A stretch of 64,000 nucleotides of DNA from Parcubacteria group bacterium (GCA_043821485.1 JBDRCU010000037.1:28746-92745), one strand, 5' to 3'; numbered from the stretch's first letter, positions 46,501 through 57,705 are shown. Made by a program: numbers and translations. Notes: generated by a model from the sequence alone, not told the origin.

Positions 46501-46694
46501 GTATGGGTACTATGAATTAACACAAAACATACATCTTCATAGCATTTATGAAGGCTCGGGATTGTCCCTCAATGGGATGGTCCCGAGTCTTTAATGACAG
46601 AACATTAACAACTTTACAGCCAACGATACGTATATTCGTATCGTTAACTAGATCAATGAAAGATAGTTTGAGTAAATCTCAACTATTCTTATAA

Positions 46695-46734
<40 letters not shown>

Positions 46735-48113
46735 GATAAGGCATGCAAGTCGAACGGGCAATCTTCGGATTGTCAGTGGCGAACGAGTTAGTAACGCCTT
46801 GGTACCTACCCTATACTCAAGAATAACTCCGAGAAATCGGAGCTAATACTTGATAGTCTCGAAAGAGTAAAGATTTATCGGTATAGGAGGGGCCTAGGTC
46901 CTATCAGCTTGTTGGTGAGGTAACGGCTCACCAAGGCTATGACGGGTAGGGGATGTGAGAGCATGATCCCCAACGAGGGAACTGAGAACGGTCCTTACAC
47001 CTACGGGTGGCCGCAGTCGAGAATATTGGACAATGCGCGAAAGCGTGATCCAGCGACGCCGCGTGCAGGAAGAAGGCCTTCGGGTTGTAAACTGCTTTTA
47101 TGTGGGAAGAATTTTGACGGTACCACAAGAATAAGGGGCTGCTAACTTCGTGCCAGCAGCAGCGGTAATACGAAGGCCCCAAGCGTTATCCGGAATTATT
47201 GGGCGTAAAGGGCAGGTAGCCGGTTGGTATAGTCTGATGTTAAATCTCATGGCTCAACTATGAGACCGCATCAGAAACGTATCAGCTAGAGCAAGTCAGA
47301 GGCATACGGAACGTGCGGTGTAGGGGTGAAATCCGTTGATATCGCACGGAACACCAAAAGCGAAGGCAGTATGCTGGGGCTTTGCTGACGGTCAACTGCG
47401 AAAGCGTGGGGATAGAAAAGGATTAGATACCCTTGTATTCCACGCCCTAAACGATCCAGACTAGCTATCGGGAGCATCGACCCTCCCGGTGGCGAAGCTA
47501 ACGCGTTAAGTCTGGCGCCTGGGAAGTACGATCGCAAGATTAAAACTCAAAGGAATAGGCGGGGATTCGCACAAGCGGTGGATCGCGTGGTTTAATTCGA
47601 TACAAAGCGAAGAACCTCACCAAGGTTAGACATCATAGTGAAAGCCTTCTGAAAAGTTGGCCCCTTTTATAGCACTATGACAGGTGGTGCACGGCTGTCG
47701 TCAGCTCGTCGAGTGATCGGTTCTCTTAAGTGAGGAAACGAGCGCAACCCCTGTCGTCTGTTACAAGTGTCAGACGATACTGCCTGGGATAACCAGGAGG
47801 AAGGAGGGGATGACGTCAAGTCAGCGTGTCCTTTGATACCTTGGGCTACACACGCGATACAATGGGTGTTAACAATGGGTTGCCAAACCGCGAGGTGGAG
47901 CTAATCCCATCAAATGCGCCCTCAGTTCGGATAGGAGGCTGAAACTTGCCTCCTTGAAGTTGGAATCGCTAGTAATCGCAGATCAGAATGCTGCGGTGAA
48001 TACGTTCTCGAATCTTGCACTCACTGCCCGTCACATCAGGGAAGCCGGAAATACCCAAAGCACCATAAATTCTAATGGTACTACGGTAGGTTCGGTAACA
48101 AGGATGAAGTCGT

Positions 48114-49017
48114 AGAGATTAAGAAATAAAATTTGCGACCTGTCAAGAGTAATCTGGCAGAAAAACCCGACTAATATCGGTGAAACCTAAATCTTAAAAT
48201 GTTATAATTAAGATATGGTAATACCGAGGAAAGCTAGGAGAATCACATATTCAACTGAAATAAGAGAGCTAAAAAAGAGACTAAAACTAGATGAGTCACA
48301 AAAGGCTATAGTGATAGGCAGTATATTGGGCGATGCAACATTAGAGCTCAATTGGTCAAAAACCAACTGCCGAATGAGAATTGATCATTCTATAAAACAA
48401 GAGGATTACGTACGACTAAAGTATACAATCCTCAAGGACTGGGTACTTACTGAACCTAAATACTACAAGCCTCATAGGTCCATATGGTTCCGAACAATAA
48501 GTCATCCCAACCTTACTGAACTATGGAAAATATTCTACAAGAACAAGAAAAAAATTATACCAGAAAATATAGCTGAACTAATCCAAAACCCCCTTACTGT
48601 TGCAACATGGTTTATGGATGATGGTAATGTACGAAGACGAAATTCACGTATAATTTCCTACGACCTCAATACTCAATCGTTCACATACGCAGAAAATGAA
48701 AAACTTCTGAACGCCTTGAAAACGGTCTATGGAATATCTTGCAGTCTACATAAAAATCATAACAGACATAGAATATATATCGGTACCAATGAAAAAAATA
48801 AATTCCAAAAGATAATACGTAAATTATCAACACCATCTCTTAAATACAAACTTCAGTGAATATGTGATTCTCTTGGCCCCGTAGAGACTTCTCGTACTCT
48901 GGCCCCATAGCAGAACGAGGGATAGCTGTACGTAGACAGCTATAATACGTCGGCCCCAGTTATTAAAAACTGGGTGAAGATATAGTCCATGCTCGTGGAA
49001 ACACGGGAATAAACATG
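48114..49017 (+). mobile_element. Group I intron in 16S after U1498 (E. coli numbering)
   Basis: Exon junction AAGTCGT|AACAAGG; ends in omega-G; guide GCGAC pairs with exon GTCGT (U-G wobble); R-like CGTAGAGACT and S-like GAAGATATAGTCC. Confidence 0.92.
48215..48859 (+). CDS. Intron-encoded LAGLIDADG homing endonuclease
   Basis: IVIGSILGDATL and VATWFMDDGN, LNTQSF (LAGLIDADG_2-like). Confidence 0.9.
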   Translation: MVIPRKARRITYSTEIRELKKRLKLDESQKAIVIGSILGDATLELNWSKTNCRMRIDHSIKQEDYVRLKYTILKDWVLTEPKYYKPHRSIWFRTISHPNLTELWKIFYKNKKKIIPENIAELIQNPLTVATWFMDDGNVRRRNSRIISYDLNTQSFTYAENEKLLNALKTVYGISCSLHKNHNRHRIYIGTNEKNKFQKIIRKLSTPSLKYKLQ

Positions 49018-49261
49018 AACAAGGCACGGCTAGGAGAACCTGGTCGTGGATCACCTCCTTTCTATACAAAAACTCCTGCTTTATGCAGGTGCTGTATAGA
49101 AACATTAGGTGTCGATATAGGTTGTGCGAGGTTTGTTCGTCGATAGACAAGCACCTCGTACAAACTAAGGCTGGCTGATACAGCCCAATCTATCAGCGTT
49201 TGATGCTACCGAAAAGCACACTATCTAGTTAATGATACAAATAGACGTATAAACTCTAAAC

Positions 49262-49285
49262 AAAATAGCCTTAAGGGGCTATTTT
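49262..49285 (+). terminator. Terminator of the 16S transcript
   Basis: AAAATAGCC-ttaagg-GGCTATTTT. Confidence 0.7.
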
Positions 49286-49350
49286 GTTTGACTTATCTTT
49301 ACTTTGATATTAGACTGACCTTGTACGATAACAAATTTAATATAAATATC

Positions 49351-49650
49351 ATGGGATTTGCAAAAGGAGAACCCTCTATGGAAAAATCTATAGCCAAAGA
49401 AATGATAGAACAGATCGAAGATACATGGGCAGATGCAAAGCGTGGGATTGAAATTCTTGAAGCCAGAGGACACAGTCAGACAAAAGAACTGAAAAAAGAA
49501 TTAAGTAAATTGATGGTAGAAGATTTAGACGAGGCAGAAGATGCTAGAGACAAAGAAGTAAACGAAGATAGTCCACAAAGAGAAGGATATCAAGGCTTCA
49601 ACAAGCGCAATGCATTTGTTACAAAACTAAATAAACTTCTTAAAGAATAA
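49351..49650 (+). CDS. Hypothetical charged protein
   Basis: ORF from MGFAKGEP; own TTGACT promoter-like sequence and terminator. Confidence 0.6.
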   Translation: MGFAKGEPSMEKSIAKEMIEQIEDTWADAKRGIEILEARGHSQTKELKKELSKLMVEDLDEAEDARDKEVNEDSPQREGYQGFNKRNAFVTKLNKLLKE

Positions 49651-49660
49651 TTCTACCCAT

Positions 49661-49692
49661 AATAAAACAGCGCAATATGGCGCTGTTTTATT
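49661..49692. terminator. Bidirectional terminator
   Basis: AATAAAACAGCGC-aatatg-GCGCTGTTTTATT. Confidence 0.8.
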
Positions 49693-49709
49693 ATTACTAT
49701 TTTATCCAA

Positions 49710-50510
49710 CTACTTAATCTGATAAGTTAGAGTAACATTCACAGTTACTTCATTTTCTCCGGGTTCAATTGAAGGCATAGATCCTCCTCCGCCTCGTCCT
49801 GCTTCCATGTACACAGCAGAATCATACATAGGATAACCCATATATCCTTCATTGAAATTAACTATCTTGCCTAGATCAAGACCAACCTGATCTTCGAGTT
49901 CCCTAGCCTTCTTCTTGGCGTCCTCAATGGCAAGCTCTCTGGCTTCCGCTTGCAATTCGTCTGGGTCGTCAATATCGAATCTGAATGAATCCACTCGATT
50001 AGCTCCTTCGTCTACAACACCATCAAGAATTTCACTAACTATATCTAAATCACGAATCTTTACTTCAATGCTTTCAGTGACAGTATACCCAACAATACTT
50101 TGTGATACTGGCTGGGGTAGATAAGGATATATTTCTGCTGAGCCTCCTCCGCCCCGTCCAACTGCTTCATCGCTTCCATATTTAGGATAAATATTATAAC
50201 CTGTTGTTTTAATATCTTCCTTGTCTATATCTTTACTCTTTAAATAGTCAATAACATCTTGAGACTTCTCTGAATTCTCTTCTTGCGCATCTTCAGATGT
50301 ATCAGCTTCAGTTACAATACTTAAACGAACAATTGCAACATCAGGAACTGCATACACAGTACCTTGACCGCTGAAAGATACTACATTCTGCGTAGTGCCT
50401 GCGTCAGACAAATATCCTACTAGACTAAAGCCTAATATTATCAAAACCACAACAAATATAGCCGAAGCCCAAAGAAGAAATCCTTTTGCATTTTCAATTT
50501 TTGTATCCAT
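49710..50510 (-). CDS. SIMPL (DUF541) domain protein
   Basis: SGQGTVYAVPDVA, IKTTGYNIYP, ARELAIEDAKKKA, IEPGENEVTVNV. Confidence 0.9.
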   Translation of the reverse strand: MDTKIENAKGFLLWASAIFVVVLIILGFSLVGYLSDAGTTQNVVSFSGQGTVYAVPDVAIVRLSIVTEADTSEDAQEENSEKSQDVIDYLKSKDIDKEDIKTTGYNIYPKYGSDEAVGRGGGGSAEIYPYLPQPVSQSIVGYTVTESIEVKIRDLDIVSEILDGVVDEGANRVDSFRFDIDDPDELQAEARELAIEDAKKKARELEDQVGLDLGKIVNFNEGYMGYPMYDSAVYMEAGRGGGGSMPSIEPGENEVTVNVTLTYQIK

Positions 50511-50607
50511 ATTTCTAAAAACAGTCAAAGCTGTTTAATTAATAGTATTTATGATATATCTAACGCTACAGAAATGATTCTGTGACAGTGGTATAATAGC
50601 ATTTTGT

Positions 50608-51084
50608 ATGCCTAAAAAACAGACACTCAAAAAACAAATTTATTTAATACTTCACGACATACGCAGTGCCTGGAATGTAGGGTCTATGTTTCGTACTGCC
50701 GATGGCGCAGGAATAGATAAAATATATTTAACCGGCTACACAGCCACCCCTGAACATCCCAAAGTTCTCAAGACTTCTCTTGGCGCAGAAGGTTTTGTCC
50801 TATGGGAGCGATACAAACCCCTTGGAAAATTAATTAAGAAATTGCAAAAAGACGGCATACAAGTGCTTGCTCTTGAACAACATCCAAAAAGCAAAAACAT
50901 ATTCAAATACAAACCCAAATATCCCATTGCACTCGTAGTAGGAAATGAAATACGCGGAGTCGTCAAAACAACTCTTGCAAAAGTAGATGATATACTAGAA
51001 ATACCAATGCATGGCCAAAAAGAAAACCTAAACGTAGCAGTTGCTGCTGGTATAGCGCTGTACGCTATAAGGAAGAAAAAATGA
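50608..51084 (+). CDS. SpoU/TrmH-family RNA methyltransferase
   Basis: IRSAWNVGSMFRTADG, VGNE, IPMHG.KENLNVAVA. Confidence 0.9.
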   Translation: MPKKQTLKKQIYLILHDIRSAWNVGSMFRTADGAGIDKIYLTGYTATPEHPKVLKTSLGAEGFVLWERYKPLGKLIKKLQKDGIQVLALEQHPKSKNIFKYKPKYPIALVVGNEIRGVVKTTLAKVDDILEIPMHGQKENLNVAVAAGIALYAIRKKK

Positions 51085-52835
51085 TCAAACTCTCAAAATT
51101 AAAACACTGGACACTGACCCTAATACCTTTATTGATACTGGGGATATTAATGTATCTCCACGTAGATCTACTTCTCAAAACATTTGTAATAGACGGGACG
51201 GGCCATATCCGTACTGCAATATCCGGATATGGTGATATCCCTCTGCACCTAACACAGGTGAGTAAATTTGCCTTCGGTGATTTTAATCTTAGTGAACCAA
51301 TTTTCTATGGCAATAACCTACAATATCCATTTATCATAAACCTCATTAGCGGACTATTGCTCAAACTTACATCATTATGGAGATTATCATTTCTATTGCC
51401 TGTAATAGTGCTCGCCGTATTAAATATATTTCTTGCATATTCCATATATCGCAAACTTATCTCAAACAAGATTTTAGCAACCCTGGCTGTTGTCGTGTTT
51501 TTGGTAGGTTCTGGATTTGGGGGATGGAGTATTATCCAAGACGCAATAGGCGAGGGCCATACATTGAACTCATTTATAGGAATGCTAAGTGAAGAGAATA
51601 TATCTACAGCTACTAGATGGGACGCGCAATATCCTGAACAAAATATTGGCTATGGAGCACCCATGAGCCTTTTTTTCTTACATCAACGTCCTTTCATCAT
51701 GGGGCTAACCTGTTTTCTAACTTTAATAACACTTCTTCTTGCCCTAAAGGACAAACCCAGTACTAAATATGCAATCCTTGCGGGAATCATCTATGGCATC
51801 TTGCCACTCGTTCACGCTCATACATTCATGATATTCACAGTAGCAATGCTAGTAGTTTTAATTCTCTCTCTGTATAGATCTGATAAACTCTATCTTAAAA
51901 AATTACTAATCATTTTGGGTATAGCAATCTTAATTGCAACACCACAGGTACTTTATCTAATGGGGGACAAAGCAGGTGTCTCCACGGAATCTGAATTCTT
52001 AAATTTCCGTATTGGCTGGATGGTAGAACCAACCATTGGATCAGCACAATTCCCTGATGAGAATCGTACCGTCTTTAGTCTAAGTTACCTCAAGTTTATT
52101 ATGATAAATTTGGGAATACTCTTCCCTGCATTTATTCTCGCTCTAATACTGATCCTCCTTCCCAAAAAACTAAACAAAAAAATATTTAATAAAACATCTC
52201 GCACACTATTGCTGGCAGCGGCATTGTCAGCTATTTTCATTTTTCTTGCAGCCCAGCTAATCCGCTTCCAACCATGGGACTATGATAATAATAAGATTTT
52301 TGTATATTGGCAGTTTTTTGCAGTGCCTTTGGTCTTCCTATTGCTCTACCAGCTGTACAAACATACAAAATTAATCGGAGGAACTATCATTGCAGTCTTT
52401 CTCGTATTCTCCCTTTTCTCAGGAATTATTGATCTGACTCCAAGATATACATCCAAGACAGAGAACCTACCGGTAATCTATGACATCCATGCACAAAACC
52501 TTGCCCAATATGTACGCACTAATACCTCAAAACACGACTTAGTGTTAACAGGCGCCTCTCACCTCAACCCAGTGATAGCCCTTGCTGGCAAAGAAACACT
52601 TGTTGGATTTCCTGGCTGGCTATGGACGCGTGGGATTGACTATGGAGATCGCTTGCAAAAAATAGAAGACTTCTACAAAAACCCCTCGCAAGACCAGATA
52701 CTTAAAGAGTTTCCCATTTCATACATACTACTCGATTTACAGACAAATACTGACTACAAAGCAGACTTAAATACTTTTGATAATCTCTACACAAAAGTCT
52801 TTGAATCGGGACAATACACCTTATACAAAATCTAA
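51081..52835 (+). CDS. Polytopic membrane protein, probable GT-C glycosyltransferase
   Basis: More than 10 TMs, YGDIPLH first loop, QPWDYDNNK, GFPGWLWTRG. Confidence 0.65.
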   Translation: MIKLSKLKHWTLTLIPLLILGILMYLHVDLLLKTFVIDGTGHIRTAISGYGDIPLHLTQVSKFAFGDFNLSEPIFYGNNLQYPFIINLISGLLLKLTSLWRLSFLLPVIVLAVLNIFLAYSIYRKLISNKILATLAVVVFLVGSGFGGWSIIQDAIGEGHTLNSFIGMLSEENISTATRWDAQYPEQNIGYGAPMSLFFLHQRPFIMGLTCFLTLITLLLALKDKPSTKYAILAGIIYGILPLVHAHTFMIFTVAMLVVLILSLYRSDKLYLKKLLIILGIAILIATPQVLYLMGDKAGVSTESEFLNFRIGWMVEPTIGSAQFPDENRTVFSLSYLKFIMINLGILFPAFILALILILLPKKLNKKIFNKTSRTLLLAAALSAIFIFLAAQLIRFQPWDYDNNKIFVYWQFFAVPLVFLLLYQLYKHTKLIGGTIIAVFLVFSLFSGIIDLTPRYTSKTENLPVIYDIHAQNLAQYVRTNTSKHDLVLTGASHLNPVIALAGKETLVGFPGWLWTRGIDYGDRLQKIEDFYKNPSQDQILKEFPISYILLDLQTNTDYKADLNTFDNLYTKVFESGQYTLYKI

Positions 52836-53465
52836 ATGACCCTACCGTCTCACAAGTTAGAACAACGACTTTTTAGAAATGGTTACAAATCTATCTGCGC
52901 AGTAGATGAAGTTGGAGTTGGATGTCTTGCGGGTCCAGTGGTAGCATGCACAGTCCGCATTAAAAAACCCTTTCTAAAACAGAAAAATATCCTTAAAAAT
53001 GTCCGCGATTCAAAACTTTTAACACCTCGGCAAAGAGAAAAACTCTACGCCCAACTTATTAATAATAGATATATAACACACTCAATTTCTTATTCGCTTC
53101 CCCGAACAATAGATAAATACAATATCTATAATGCCTCGCGAAATACAATGAAACGATCTGCGCAAAACATTATTTCGCTTAATAGCGTCTTACTTGTGGA
53201 TGGCCCCAGAGAATTAAAGAATATGCATCTTCCACAGCAAGCCATAATAAAAGGAGATAGAAAGGTTATTGTAATTGCATGCGCATCAGTAATTGCGAAG
53301 GTTCATCGCGACAGAATGATGAAACGATATGCCAAGCGCTATCCCGGATACGGACTTGAACAGCACAAAGGATATGGAACTAAATATCATATTGCGCAAC
53401 TCGCATCTCTTGGTCCATCCAAAATACATCGCAAATCATTTGCTCCTGTGGCAAGACTCTTGTAA
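52836..53465 (+). CDS. rnhB: Ribonuclease HII
   Basis: VDEVGVGCLAGPV, DSKLL, ASVIAKVHRD, HKGYGT, HRKSF. Confidence 0.94.
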   Translation: MTLPSHKLEQRLFRNGYKSICAVDEVGVGCLAGPVVACTVRIKKPFLKQKNILKNVRDSKLLTPRQREKLYAQLINNRYITHSISYSLPRTIDKYNIYNASRNTMKRSAQNIISLNSVLLVDGPRELKNMHLPQQAIIKGDRKVIVIACASVIAKVHRDRMMKRYAKRYPGYGLEQHKGYGTKYHIAQLASLGPSKIHRKSFAPVARLL

Positions 53466-53474
53466 AATTAAGGT

Positions 53475-54485
53475 ATGGCACAACCTAAAATAGCTATTAA
53501 CGGTTTCGGACGAATCGGTCGTATGTTTTTTCGACATGCCTGGGACAATCCTGATTTAGATATTGTTGCGATAAATGATCTAGGCGATCTTGATAATCTT
53601 GCATATCTTTTGAAATATGATTCAGTTTACAAAACGTTTGAAAAAGAAATTAAAACAAAAAATGGCAATCTCATCGTTGACGGACAGGAAATAGAAGTTC
53701 TTCAGGAAAGAGAACCTTCTAAGCTTCCTTGGTCCGAACTTGGCGTTGATATTGTTGTTGAAGCAACTGGTGCATTTACAACATTGGAGAAAGCAAAAGC
53801 TCATCTACATGCAGGGGCTAAGCGTGTAGTAATAACTGCTCCAGCGAAGGACGATATAACTCCAACTGCAACGCCCAATGTAGGAGAGGATCGTTTATCA
53901 GATGAGAATGTAACATCCAATGCATCTTGCACTACAAATGCAGTAGCACCAATTATGGCCATAATGTCTAATAATCCTGGTGTTAAGAAAGCTCTCCTTA
54001 ATACAATACATGGCTATACAGCAACACAGGGACTTATTGATGGACCTTCAAAGAAAGATTTTCGACGAGGTCGCGCAGCAGCTCAAAACATCATACCTTC
54101 AAGCACTGGAGCAGCAATAGCCACTACCAAAGCACTACCTAACTTAAAGGGCAAATTTGACGGCATTGCAATGAGAGTACCCGTAATAACAGGTTCGATT
54201 ATAGACGTAACTTTTATAGCAGAGAAATCAGTTTCAGTCGAAGATATTAATAATATATTCCGTGAAAAAGCAAAATCTGATGAATGGAAAGGAATCCTTG
54301 CGGTCACAGAAGAACCTATTGTCTCTTCTGATATTATCGGCAATAGCCATGGATCAATTATAGACTTATCTATGACCCGAGTTGTTGATGGAGACTTAGT
54401 CAAAGTCTGTGCTTGGTATGACAATGAATGGGGATATGCTTCAATGCTTGTTAAACATGTCAAAACAGTAGCTAAAATGCTTTAA
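53475..54485 (+). CDS. gap: Glyceraldehyde-3-phosphate dehydrogenase
   Basis: INGFGRIGR, NASCTTN, WYDNEWGY. Confidence 0.96.
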   Translation: MAQPKIAINGFGRIGRMFFRHAWDNPDLDIVAINDLGDLDNLAYLLKYDSVYKTFEKEIKTKNGNLIVDGQEIEVLQEREPSKLPWSELGVDIVVEATGAFTTLEKAKAHLHAGAKRVVITAPAKDDITPTATPNVGEDRLSDENVTSNASCTTNAVAPIMAIMSNNPGVKKALLNTIHGYTATQGLIDGPSKKDFRRGRAAAQNIIPSSTGAAIATTKALPNLKGKFDGIAMRVPVITGSIIDVTFIAEKSVSVEDINNIFREKAKSDEWKGILAVTEEPIVSSDIIGNSHGSIIDLSMTRVVDGDLVKVCAWYDNEWGYASMLVKHVKTVAKML

Positions 54486-54497
54486 TTTTTAAACGAC

Positions 54498-55385
54498 ATG
54501 CCTCACGTACATGATGAAAAAATTAAAGAGCTAGAAATTATGGCGAATAAAATTCGTCAGTCTATTATTGAGATGCTGACTACTGCAGGAAGCGGTCATA
54601 CAGCTGGCCCGCTTGGCATGGCTGATGTTTTCACAGCCTTGTATTTCCATACACTGAATCATGATCCAAAGAATCCCGAATGGGAAAACAGGGATAGACT
54701 TCTTCTGTCTGCCGGCCATATCGTACCAGTTCAATATTCAGCAATGGCGCATGCTGGATATTTTCCGATGAGAGAGCTCAATACTCTGCGCAAGCTTGGC
54801 TCGCGTCTTCAAGGCCATCCGGAACGCTTAAGGCTTCCTGGGATCGAAACAACTCCGGGTCCACTGGGAGAAGGCTTATCTCAGGCATGCGGAATGGCTT
54901 ACGGAGCAAGAATGGATAAAAAATGGTTTAGAATTTATTGCATAATGTCAGACGGGGAACAACAAGAAGGCAATACGTGGGAAGCAATCATGTTTGCAGG
55001 CAAAAATCGTTTATCCAATATCACTGCAATAATGGATCGTAACAATATACAAATAGACGGAATAGTTGAAGACATCATGCCTCTTGAACCGCTTCGCGAA
55101 AGATATGAATCATTCGGATGGCATGTACTCGAAATTAACGGACATGATTTTGAAGATATCATAAGTGCTTGTGAACAAGCTCATGCAATAACGACTAAAC
55201 CTGTTCTTATCATTGCCCATACAATTCCTGGCAAAGGCATTCCTGAAATTGAATTTGATTATCGCTGGCATGGAGTACCTCCGGGCAAAGGGCCTGGGGA
55301 TAAAGTTCCTCAAGATGAGCAAAAGAAGCATTTCTTGCATGATTTAAGGACTTTAAAAGGAAAAATAGAAAGCGAGCATCAATAA
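54498..55385 (+). CDS. Transketolase, N-terminal subunit
   Basis: GSGH, LSAGH, LQGHP, SDGEQQEG, HTIPGKG. Confidence 0.93.
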   Translation: MPHVHDEKIKELEIMANKIRQSIIEMLTTAGSGHTAGPLGMADVFTALYFHTLNHDPKNPEWENRDRLLLSAGHIVPVQYSAMAHAGYFPMRELNTLRKLGSRLQGHPERLRLPGIETTPGPLGEGLSQACGMAYGARMDKKWFRIYCIMSDGEQQEGNTWEAIMFAGKNRLSNITAIMDRNNIQIDGIVEDIMPLEPLRERYESFGWHVLEINGHDFEDIISACEQAHAITTKPVLIIAHTIPGKGIPEIEFDYRWHGVPPGKGPGDKVPQDEQKKHFLHDLRTLKGKIESEHQ

Positions 55386-55430
55386 AAATGGATTTTGTGA
55401 TAAAATATAGATTAGAAGGGAGGTGACGTT

Positions 55431-55634
55431 ATGAAAGAAAGCGGAAATTTATCAAAACTATTATGGGGTCTTATGTGGATTGCTGCAATCCTGTTTTGGA
55501 TATCAGTAGTATTCCTAGACAACAGCATATTCGGCATAAGCAGTGAACACCTATGGAAAGAAATAGTCGTATTTGGAATATTACTATTTGCAGTATGTTG
55601 TTCGCGTTGCCGAGGAGGTTCGTGCGAAAAATAG
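55431..55634 (+). CDS. Small 2-TM protein with Cys-rich C-terminus
   Basis: TGATAAAAT -10 element, SD GGGAGGTG, ends CCSRCRGGSCEK. Confidence 0.65.
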   Translation: MKESGNLSKLLWGLMWIAAILFWISVVFLDNSIFGISSEHLWKEIVVFGILLFAVCCSRCRGGSCEK

Positions 55635-55659
55635 TAAAAGGTCTGCACACTAAACTATT

Positions 55660-56658
55660 ATGATTAATTCCAATGCAAAATTGGCAATTGGTGTTTTTGG
55701 CAAGGAAACGCCTGAATTTATTCCCATACGAGATGGGTATGGCAAAGGCGTAGTTGAAGCCGGCCAAAAAGATGAACGCATAGTTGTACTATGCGCTGAT
55801 TTAACTGAATCTACCCGCTCTCATTGGTTTAAAGAACAATTCCCTGAGCGATTCATAGAAATGGGCGTTGCAGAACAAAATCTTGCAACAGTAGGTGCCG
55901 GACTTGCTGGTTACGGTAAAATTCCATTTATTGCATCCTATGCAACTTTTTCACCAGGAAGAAATTGGGAACAAATTCGAACAACTGCATGTCTTAATGA
56001 CTTACCTGTAAAAGTCGTTGGCGCACATGCAGGCGTTTCAGTTGGCCCGGACGGAGCAACGCATCAGGCGCTTGAAGACATAGCACTAATGCGCGTACTT
56101 CCCGGAATGACAGTAGTTATACCATGTGATGCAATTGAAACACACAAGGCAACACTAGCCCTTGCACATGACGATAAACATCCGGGATATTTAAGATTGG
56201 CCCGAGAGAAATCTCCAGTTATTACCACACAAGACACGCCATTTGAAATAGGGAAGGCAGAAATATTTAGAGAAGGAGATGACGTCACACTTATTGCTTG
56301 CGGACCTCTTGTGTATAATGCACTTGTTGCAGCAGAAGAATTATCCAAAGAAAACATCAATGCAACGGTGATTAATAATCACACGATCAAGCCCTTAGAT
56401 GAACAAACAATAATAGATTCCGCTAAAAAGACAGGAGCAGTAGTCACAATCGAAGAACATCAAATCGCAGGAGGTCTTGGTTCTGCAATTGCAGAATTGC
56501 TCAGCCAGCATCAGCCAACACCGCAAGAATTTATCGGTATGAAAGATACTTTTGGCGAATCAGGGACGCCAGAAGAACTCTACAAACACTTTGGTCTTGA
56601 TTCAGAATCTATAAAAGAAGCTGTTAAAAAAGTTTTATCCAGAAAACAAAACCTTTGA
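55660..56658 (+). CDS. Transketolase, C-terminal subunit
   Basis: GVAEQN, GPDGATHQALED, TIKPLD, EEHQIAGGLG. Confidence 0.93.
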   Translation: MINSNAKLAIGVFGKETPEFIPIRDGYGKGVVEAGQKDERIVVLCADLTESTRSHWFKEQFPERFIEMGVAEQNLATVGAGLAGYGKIPFIASYATFSPGRNWEQIRTTACLNDLPVKVVGAHAGVSVGPDGATHQALEDIALMRVLPGMTVVIPCDAIETHKATLALAHDDKHPGYLRLAREKSPVITTQDTPFEIGKAEIFREGDDVTLIACGPLVYNALVAAEELSKENINATVINNHTIKPLDEQTIIDSAKKTGAVVTIEEHQIAGGLGSAIAELLSQHQPTPQEFIGMKDTFGESGTPEELYKHFGLDSESIKEAVKKVLSRKQNL

Positions 56659-56699
56659 TTTTTAATGACTTTTCTGCTATTTTACTGGAACAGAAATGA

Positions 56700-56772
56700 G
56701 GGCGTGTAGCTCAGCGGTAGTAGCGCGTCACTGATAATGACGAGGCCGCAGGTTCGATCCCTGCCACGCCCA
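56700..56772 (+). tRNA. tRNA-Ile(GAT)
   Basis: GGGCGTG/CACGCCC, CGTCA-CT-GAT-AA-TGACG, GTTCGATC. Confidence 0.94.
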
Positions 56773-56841
56773 CCGCGAAAACAACAATCTTTATTGATTG
56801 TTGTTTTTGTTTATTTAACGTCATGCTATACTAAAATAACT

Positions 56842-57639
56842 ATGCTTAAAAAAACCACAAGACCAAAACCAAGTACAAAAGAAATGCGTGAAGGAAAATT
56901 TAATCTACCTGCTTCCAAACTTCAGCTCATAGAAGAAGACGCTCCAACAAGAGATTTTCGCTCTTCATTTCACTGGAGAGTATTTCGTATAATGGCTGAA
57001 TTTGTTGATGGCTGGCAATTCCTTGCAGATTTTAAACGATCCGTAACATTCTTTGGTTCAGCACGATTTAAACCCGAAAGTCCATGGTACCAGCAAGCTC
57101 GTGAACTCGCTAGCAAGTTAGCTGACGATGGTTTTGATGTCATTACAGGCGGAGGCCCGGGTATCATGGAAGCTGCAAACCAAGGAGCGCATGAGTCTCA
57201 CACTAATTCTCTTGGATTAATTGAAGACGACAGAAGAGGAGATTCAAGGGGCGATTCAATAGGATTAAACATCAGATTGCCATTCGAACAACGTATTAAT
57301 AAATATGTTGAGAAAGCAGTTGCCTTCCATTATTTCTTTGTACGAAAAGTAATGCTTACATATTATGCACAAGCCTACATCTATTTCCCCGGAGGATTTG
57401 GAACTCTGGACGAAGCATTTGAAGTTATAACCTTGGTACAAACAAAAAAGATACCTCGCATACCTATCGTATTTGTTGGCAAAGGCTACTGGGGGAAACT
57501 GGATGACTTTATGAAAAATACAGTATATGGCGAATACAAAGCAATAGACAAGGGAGATATGGACATTTATACCATTGTTGACACAGTTGAAGATGCCTAC
57601 AAGATTATAAAAAAATCCCCGCCAAGAAAGGTTTTCTGA
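56842..57639 (+). CDS. LOG-family Rossmann-fold protein (TIGR00730)
   Basis: FFGSAR, TGGGPGIMEAAN, YFFVRK, FPGGFGTLDE. Confidence 0.92.
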   Translation: MLKKTTRPKPSTKEMREGKFNLPASKLQLIEEDAPTRDFRSSFHWRVFRIMAEFVDGWQFLADFKRSVTFFGSARFKPESPWYQQARELASKLADDGFDVITGGGPGIMEAANQGAHESHTNSLGLIEDDRRGDSRGDSIGLNIRLPFEQRINKYVEKAVAFHYFFVRKVMLTYYAQAYIYFPGGFGTLDEAFEVITLVQTKKIPRIPIVFVGKGYWGKLDDFMKNTVYGEYKAIDKGDMDIYTIVDTVEDAYKIIKKSPPRKVF

Positions 57640-57705
57640 TATCAAAAGCTTCCCCAAAAACTCAAAATGTGTTATAACATAAGACGCCCATAAAACATCT
57701 TATTA

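Noticed and set aside
46937-47537. Short ORFs in the six-frame track inside the 16S gene
   Set aside because: They are shadows of rRNA sequence.
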